NCBI RefSeq assembly: GCF_009834535.1
Contig: NC_045696.1
Location: 57,724,001 to 57,788,000, forward strand
Source of the DNA: Camelus ferus
Lineage: Eukaryota
Direction: 5' to 3'
Length of the DNA: 64,000 bases
Each line of letters opens with the position of its first letter. Position 1 is the stretch's first letter. Position numbers and translations under genes: made by a program. Below, piece after piece: positions 56,119 to 64,000 of the stretch. Below the pieces are notes generated by a model. That model was not told the origin of the DNA. It did not search any database and worked only from the letters and a program-made list of their open reading frames with translations.

Positions 56119-57250
56119 TAGCAGTTTCTCATTTAACAAGGAATGTGTGAGCATCATGCTGGGCTGGGCACTGAGCTGGGAGAGAAAGAGGAATGTTAGA
56201 TGTCTCAGTAACACTGGAAAAGCTTACAGACACATCTGTTGCACATCTTTTTCTTACTTTGATACTGCTCTCCAATGTTGTTTTCTTTTTCTTACAGCTC
56301 AGTGACCCTGAACAGACAAAGTTCTGTCTGTTCCAGGCTCCAGAGTTAATAGGCATAACAGATTGCCTGCTGAGTGCCTGGCACTCATACTTGCTGTCTT
56401 ACTTATGTTTTTCCTGTGCCTCAGTTTCTTCATCTATAAAGTGGGAATAATAATATTAAACCTATCTTACAGAGTTTGGGGGAATTAAATGAGTTAATAT
56501 TGGTAAAGCACATGGTAAATTATTGATAAATATTTGTTAAATAAAAACTCTGATTGGCGTTAGAAGCACTCTATAAATATTAACTGTAATTGTTTTATCA
56601 TTGTTATTAACTCATTTCATCTTCACCACAATTATGGGGTTATTATTGCCTCCATTTCACAGATGAAGAAACTGAGGCTCAGAATGGTTAAGGACCCTGA
56701 CCAAAGTCACACAGCTAATAAATGGTAGGGCCAGGATTCCTGTCCAGATCTCTGACTGCAAAACTCCCCAAAACTGCATGCTGCTAGGGACACAGCAGAG
56801 ACTTAATAAACATTTGTTGATCAAATGAGTCTGCAGCCTCCCTCACTAGAAAGCCATGGCACAGGTCGTATGTATGGAATACTTTGCCTTGATATAAGAG
56901 GAAGTCTGCTCTGGAACGTCTCCAAACCCCATCCTGATGTCCAAAATGAGTCAGGCTGAGCTTGAATCACTGTGAAAAGTTGATGGACAGTGCCATACCC
57001 CTAGTGTGCGGGGCAGCCACCTATCCAGCAAGACTGATCATTCTCTGCTACAAACCACCAGTAGGTAGTATTAAAGGAAACAAGTGGCCCCACTATGTAC
57101 AAAGGAAAAAAATAATAGAACCAACAAAGATACATGAAATTAACTAGTTGTATTATTAAGCATAAGTCAGGGTTCAATACATTATTTGATAATGTAAAAA
57201 TCACAATTATTTCATCAGTAAAGAAAATTGAAAGTGACTATATCCAATAA

Positions 57251-58849
<1,599 letters not shown>

Positions 58850-60260
58850 AACGGAAGAAGGCCAGTCCAGGGAGAATTTAGAGAGGTTTCCTGGGATCAC
58901 GTTCTCGCACAGGGATCAGGAATTGCCCCAAACTCCTTTCCAAGGAGGAGTAAGATACACCACACTCCTCGAACTTAGTTGCACTGTTGTATACGACAGT
59001 GAACTGACGAATGTTCCCTTTAAAATTTAAGAGAGGAGCCTTGTGCTTCTGTGGTTGGATTTGTCAGCGCACTGAGATCCCCATAGTCAGGTTTGCTGTT
59101 CACATCCCTCCCTCCATTCTCCTCCTCTGTTCTATCCAATTCAACAGCCAGAGATAAAGCCAAGGCTATAAGCTGCCCACCTACTCCCTCCAGTTTGGGG
59201 GTTTGTTTTGTTTTGTTTTTTGGTTTGGTTTTTGTTTTTAATATTGAAATGTCTCCCCTGAACGTTGCAGACGGCCTGGTCCAGAGACAAAAGTATGCAG
59301 AGCAACAGGACATCAGATTGGCCACCACTAGAGTTGAGCCTGAAAGACAGAATGTCACCAGTGATGCCCAGCACCTTGACAATGGGAAGAACTTGAAGTG
59401 TCTAAAACTGTAAGGTGAATGTATCCCCTCCTATTTATGAAAACCATAAAATATTTGGTCTCCTGTTTGCTGCTACTATCATGTGACATCTAGAAGGTTA
59501 GCATCTCTCCTGTACCTGGTTTTGTGCAGAATGTGATAGCAGTACCATGTTTAGATTCCAGGATCACAAGAATCACCTCAAATTGTTGGGAAGGGACTGC
59601 ATGAATCCAATGAGCTATGTCTGTAATTAATATTGTGATATGTAGTTTTATCCTTAAGAAAATGCTTCTGTTATGATAGCCCATGGACAATATAAACTGA
59701 AAAAAAAGTCATGGTCTGCTTTATATAAGGCAGTATTATTGAGCTCCATTTCTTTACCCACCCCACTGAGCTAAGCCCTATGTGAGCCTTGTCGGGGTCC
59801 TAGGGGTCCAGAAGCTCCCCCTCTTCCCTGCCCCAAAGGCTTCCTGAAGCCAGATTCATGCCAGCCTCTGTGGAAAATAAGCTCCCAGTCATCAGCCTCC
59901 TACCAGTTGCTGGGGTAAGAAAATGGAGAGAGCTCTCACAGGGTGTTACCCTGGCACTCCACCCACCAAATACTGTAGCTACGTTCCCTCCAGCAGTGGG
60001 TAGGTACAATATTGAATGTTGAATGGCAGGAACAATCAGGCTTCAGAGCCAGAGAGACTAACAAGTTGGGTGACCATGGACAGGGCACCTTCACCTCACT
60101 CAGCCCCAGCTTCTTGTGTATAAAATGGGGGTAATAACCACTCTTTTCCTTCAGCACTCTTATGTGGATTAAATGAGGTAACTGTATATAAAGTCCTTTA
60201 GCAGGGTGCCTAGCACATAGTAAGCACTCAATAAATTTAGTTAATATTATTACTGACATT
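58850..60260 (+). other. CASR: Putative CASR 3' UTR (long form)
   Basis: Follows the stop codon. The first canonical AATAAA I found downstream is at 60230-60235, followed by a U-rich tract at ~60265-60280. The end position is inferred. Confidence 0.55.
60230..60235 (+). terminator. Candidate polyadenylation signal AATAAA (within a MIR)
   Basis: taagcactcAATAAAtttag with downstream tttttttcatttgttt; an ATTAAA also lies at 60168-60173. Confidence 0.5.
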
Positions 60261-61752
60261 GAAATTTTTTTCATTTGTTTAAAATACAAAACAGCACTTA
60301 TTTATTTACTATTCAGATTTTAGCCACAAGCCCATGGCTCACAGTAACTTTCTCCACAATAAGCCCAAGAACTCTGGGGCCCAGTTCAAGGGGTCCCAAG
60401 CAACATTACTCAGGGTGAAGAAGCCCAAAGTTCAGTCCCCCAAGGGCCCCACGCTCCCCCTGCCCCTGTGGTGCCAGCACCCAGACCTCCAGCACCAAGG
60501 GAAGAGCGCTCCCATCGGGCCGGAATTTCTCAGCTCACTCTAAATGCTGCTCTTTAGCCACAGCCAAGTAGAGCAGTCAGATCTACGTGAGGCCTTCAAG
60601 TTTACGGCTCCTGATGACTTCCTCCTCGGACCATTTTCTTCCAAACGGCCACCTTTCCATGACTTTTAAAGTGACTTGTGGAGATGACGGTTGTCAATTT
60701 AGATGAAAAGGCATTAGAGGCACCACGTGGGAGCACAAGTGGGGGGCACAGAGAAGGTCTCACACAGGAAGACCTGGTGAGGCTTCTGCTCCCGCCTGGG
60801 TCATGCCTCTGAGCAAGACCCAGAGCTGAGTGAAGACTTACATTGAATATTTTACTTGGGACTTTTAAAAAAGGTTGAAAGTTTGATGGCTTGATTTTTA
60901 TTTTATTGATCAAAATAGCTACGTGGAAACAACTGCTTTACTGTGCAAAATGCCACACGCTCGTCCTTACCCCATTTGAGCTGGACGTGCGGCTCACCCT
61001 CACGGCTGAGCTGGAGGAAGAGGCTGGTCAGGGAAAACACGCCATTTACATGGAGCGTCACCTCACCCAGTGCTTGCAAATAAAGTCATCTCTCTCGATG
61101 TTCTTGTCAGAAAAGGAGACTCTCATTTGTACATAGCAGGCATAGCTCTCAGCACAAAATCGGGGTGTCAAATACGAACCTTCGTTGTTTTTCTTTAACA
61201 ACCTAGTTTCTATCTCAGATTCCCATTCAGCCTAATGACAGAAACTTCATCTTAGTCAAACTGGGGTTTTCTCAGTAACTTCAGAGTTTTCTGAATCAAT
61301 GTAGATTTCTGGGGTTCAGTTCAGAGGTTTCTTCCTCACCCTTCCAGGAAGGTTTTTGTAATGGAAGGAGGTGGGGTTCCCCAGACAGCTGCAGCTCCTG
61401 TTGACGCCTCTGAGCCTCTGAGAACATTCTTACCACCCTCAGTGATTGTAATGCCTCCATGCTGGCAGCCTCTCAAGCATCGCATCCACGTGGCCCCCAG
61501 TCATGGAATCCACAGTAATTTTCACAGCTGCATGACTTTGTCCCAACCACAAGGCCCCTCCCAGGCCCACCAGATCCCCCATGAGAAAGGACTGGGGCCT
61601 GGAAATTACCAGGCGGCTCTCAGGCCCCTCCACTGCTGCGTCTGCTTGACGGCTGCCTTCCCAGGATGCTATGGAGAACTCAAGGAGACTAACAAGCTTC
61701 CAAGGTGCCAGAGAGGGAACAGGGCATGATGCTCCAAACCTGTAGAGGCCTT

Positions 61753-62288
61753 TGTGGAGGACTGAGCAATGGCCGCCCAAAGGTGCCCCCATCCTAATCA
61801 CCAGAGCCCATGATTATGTTATGTTACATGGCAAGGGGGATTAAGGTTGCAGATAGAATTAAGTTTGCTAATCAGCTGGACCTTGAGACGGCAGATTATT
61901 GTGAAGTATCCAGGTGGGCCCAAAATAACGACGTCTCCTTGAAAGTGGGAGAGGGAAGCAGAGGAAGCCATGTCAGAGCTATACGATGTGAGGAGACTCC
62001 ACTAACCGTTGCTGCCTTGGAATGTGGAAGGGGCCACAAGCTAAGGAATGCGAGCTTCTAGGAGCTGGAAAATGCAAGGAACCAGCTGTCCCCTAGAGCT
62101 TTCAGAAGGAACCAGCCCTATCAACACCTTGATTTTAGCCCAGTGAGATCTTTTTTGGACTGCTGACCTCCGGAACTGTAATAAACATAGGTAAATAAAT
62201 AAATAAGTAAAGCATGATAAATTTATGTTGTCTTGAGCCACTGGGTTTATGGTAAATTTTTTTACAGCAGCAACAGGAAACTAATACA
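61753..62288 (+). mobile_element. MLT1D-like MaLR LTR
   Basis: tgtggaggactga...gattaaggttgcagatagaattaagtttgctaatcagctg...caccttgattttagcccagtgaga...aggaaactaataca. Confidence 0.8.
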
Positions 62289-64000
62289 TACAGTGTTTTT
62301 ATTGTCATCTCCTTCCCTGAGCTCAGCTTTGCTCAGAGAGCAACACCTGCTCTCAATCTAGTCTCTCCTCTCCAACTAGCTCCCTCTCTGTCCTCCCAGA
62401 ACAAAGTTCTGTCCCTCCAGTCTGTTTGGGGAGGTATAAACCTTGTTTCCTGAGTCTTTCTGGGCCTTGGTTTTAGATAATTAACAGCCGTGTTCTCCCA
62501 ATGCATTATCTCTTAGTAGCAGAAACCTGAAAAACAGTAGCTTTGAACTAAGTAGTTTTGTTTTCCTCTTGCATAAAAGAAGTCAGAAGTTTTTGGAAAG
62601 ATTCTTTAGAGTCCGTTGGCAATGGGAAATTATCTTTCTTTTGAAAATAAAAATGAATTATTTAGTTATGAAGGATTTTCACTCAAATGAAAGAACTTCC
62701 TAGAAGAGTCTAAGAATTTACATCTGGAACTTAGCAGGTTAACAATCAGCATGTAACATTTCACTCTGAAAGCCCCTGTGATCATCAAAACTTTTCTAAC
62801 TGTGTTAGTTTTAATTTGGGGGAAATTAGGCCTGCCCTATCTCTGTCTCCAAAAGTTGCATTTCAGGACAGTGTTATTTCTCCTCTTGGCCTGGCTAAAG
62901 TCATAGAAGCTGGAGGCTGGCTCTGCACAGAGCTGGAACTTCCCCTTGCTCACCTCCTGTGTTTGACCTCATGGGTGTTGGATGAGCAACGGAACATCAG
63001 TAAGGGGTGCTGGTTAATCCCTGGAGGAGGTGGCCTGCATTGGTCTGAGCCTGGCTGGTCATTTCAGGAGTCTGTTGAAGACAGAGGCAGCTCCCAAAGG
63101 TGGGTGGAATTAGAATAGGTGGAAAGAAGTTGTTATAGTGAGATCACTGGTCTCCTGGGGACCCTGTATTTCCTGTCCCTCATCATGGAAAAGTACAAGG
63201 GGTTGGAAGAGAACTTTGAATGAACTTTGCTGTTACGCAAGAAGTGAGGTAGGAATCAGGGATAAAAGTACAGGATAGGACCAGTCATGGAAACAGAGGT
63301 ACATTCCAAGCATAGGGAGAAGAATTTTAGCTTTGATGGGAACTGCTCAGCCAGTGTCATAAGAAGTGAACCACTAAGAGCAGCCAGGCAGGGGCAGGAA
63401 ACCGGGCAGAACCAGCATGAAAGTGCAGTCTGGGAACTGGAGGAAGTGTGACCCAAGCATCAAGTGGGGCAAGGGGACCTTCTCTGCTGCTGGAATGACC
63501 ACCACATCCCTCCCTCCCCTGGGTCTTGCACTAGCGTGGAGGGAGTTTGGAGTGGAGGTCGGGTACCTGTTTACATCAAGAGCTGGACTGGAGGAAGAGG
63601 GAGCGATGGAGGTAACATCATAAGCTGCTTCCCTCTGATATTTGGACATTGGCTGTCTGGACAATCAGCTAGAGTAAGAGGCTAGAGCCAATATAAGGAA
63701 TTAACTCTGAGTTCCCAGCACAAGGAGGACAAATGCTTGAGTATAGTGAAAATAGGTAAGAGATCAAAGCCAGAGAATAATTCTCAGAGTCAGTACAGGA
63801 TTTGATCCCTGACAAAAGCATCAGGAAATGTGTTTGGAAGAATGTGTCTATCTGTCCTTCTGTCTAATGGCCTGGAGACAGATACACAATCGTTTAATAG
63901 TGACTACGTCTGGGTGTTAAAATTAGGAATGATTTCTTCTTTTAAATATTTTTCTGGGGTTTTTCCATTAATTTCTTTCCAGGAGCATGATTTATAGTAA

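Noticed and set aside
60300..64000. Downstream neighbouring gene
   Set aside because: Only short random ORFs and LTR fragments; no recognisable exon

Overview
Mammalian genomic DNA carrying the complete coding region of the calcium-sensing receptor gene CASR (class C GPCR) on the + strand. Six coding exons (human exons 2-7 equivalents: 34694-34878, 37275-37581, 41293-42177, 52497-52727, 55770-55893, 57336-58849) are bounded by canonical AG/GT sites and join to 3246 nt, giving 1081 aa plus stop. The first ~34 kb is most likely intron 1; I could not recognise the non-coding first exons or promoters. The rest is typical mammalian repeat content (L1, L2, L3, MIR, ERV1/ERVL/MaLR LTRs, hAT and Mariner fossils). 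Four tRNA-derived SINEs of the camelid (vic-1-like) type and an artiodactyl-type C-tail suggest a camel, alpaca or llama genome. I found no convincing new multi-gene system. The best leads are: (1) a 29-codon uORF with four ATGs, in frame with CASR and separated from it by a single TGA; (2) an orphan CpG island and perfect GCM octamers in intron 1; (3) a probable ancient L1 3' transduction nested in a HAL1 remnant; (4) a conserved +30-nt alternative acceptor at exon 6; (5) a MIR-borne poly(A) signal; (6) recent duplications and insertions next to coding exons. Repeat family names come from recalled consensus features, not from a RepeatMasker run, and many repeat boundaries are approximate.
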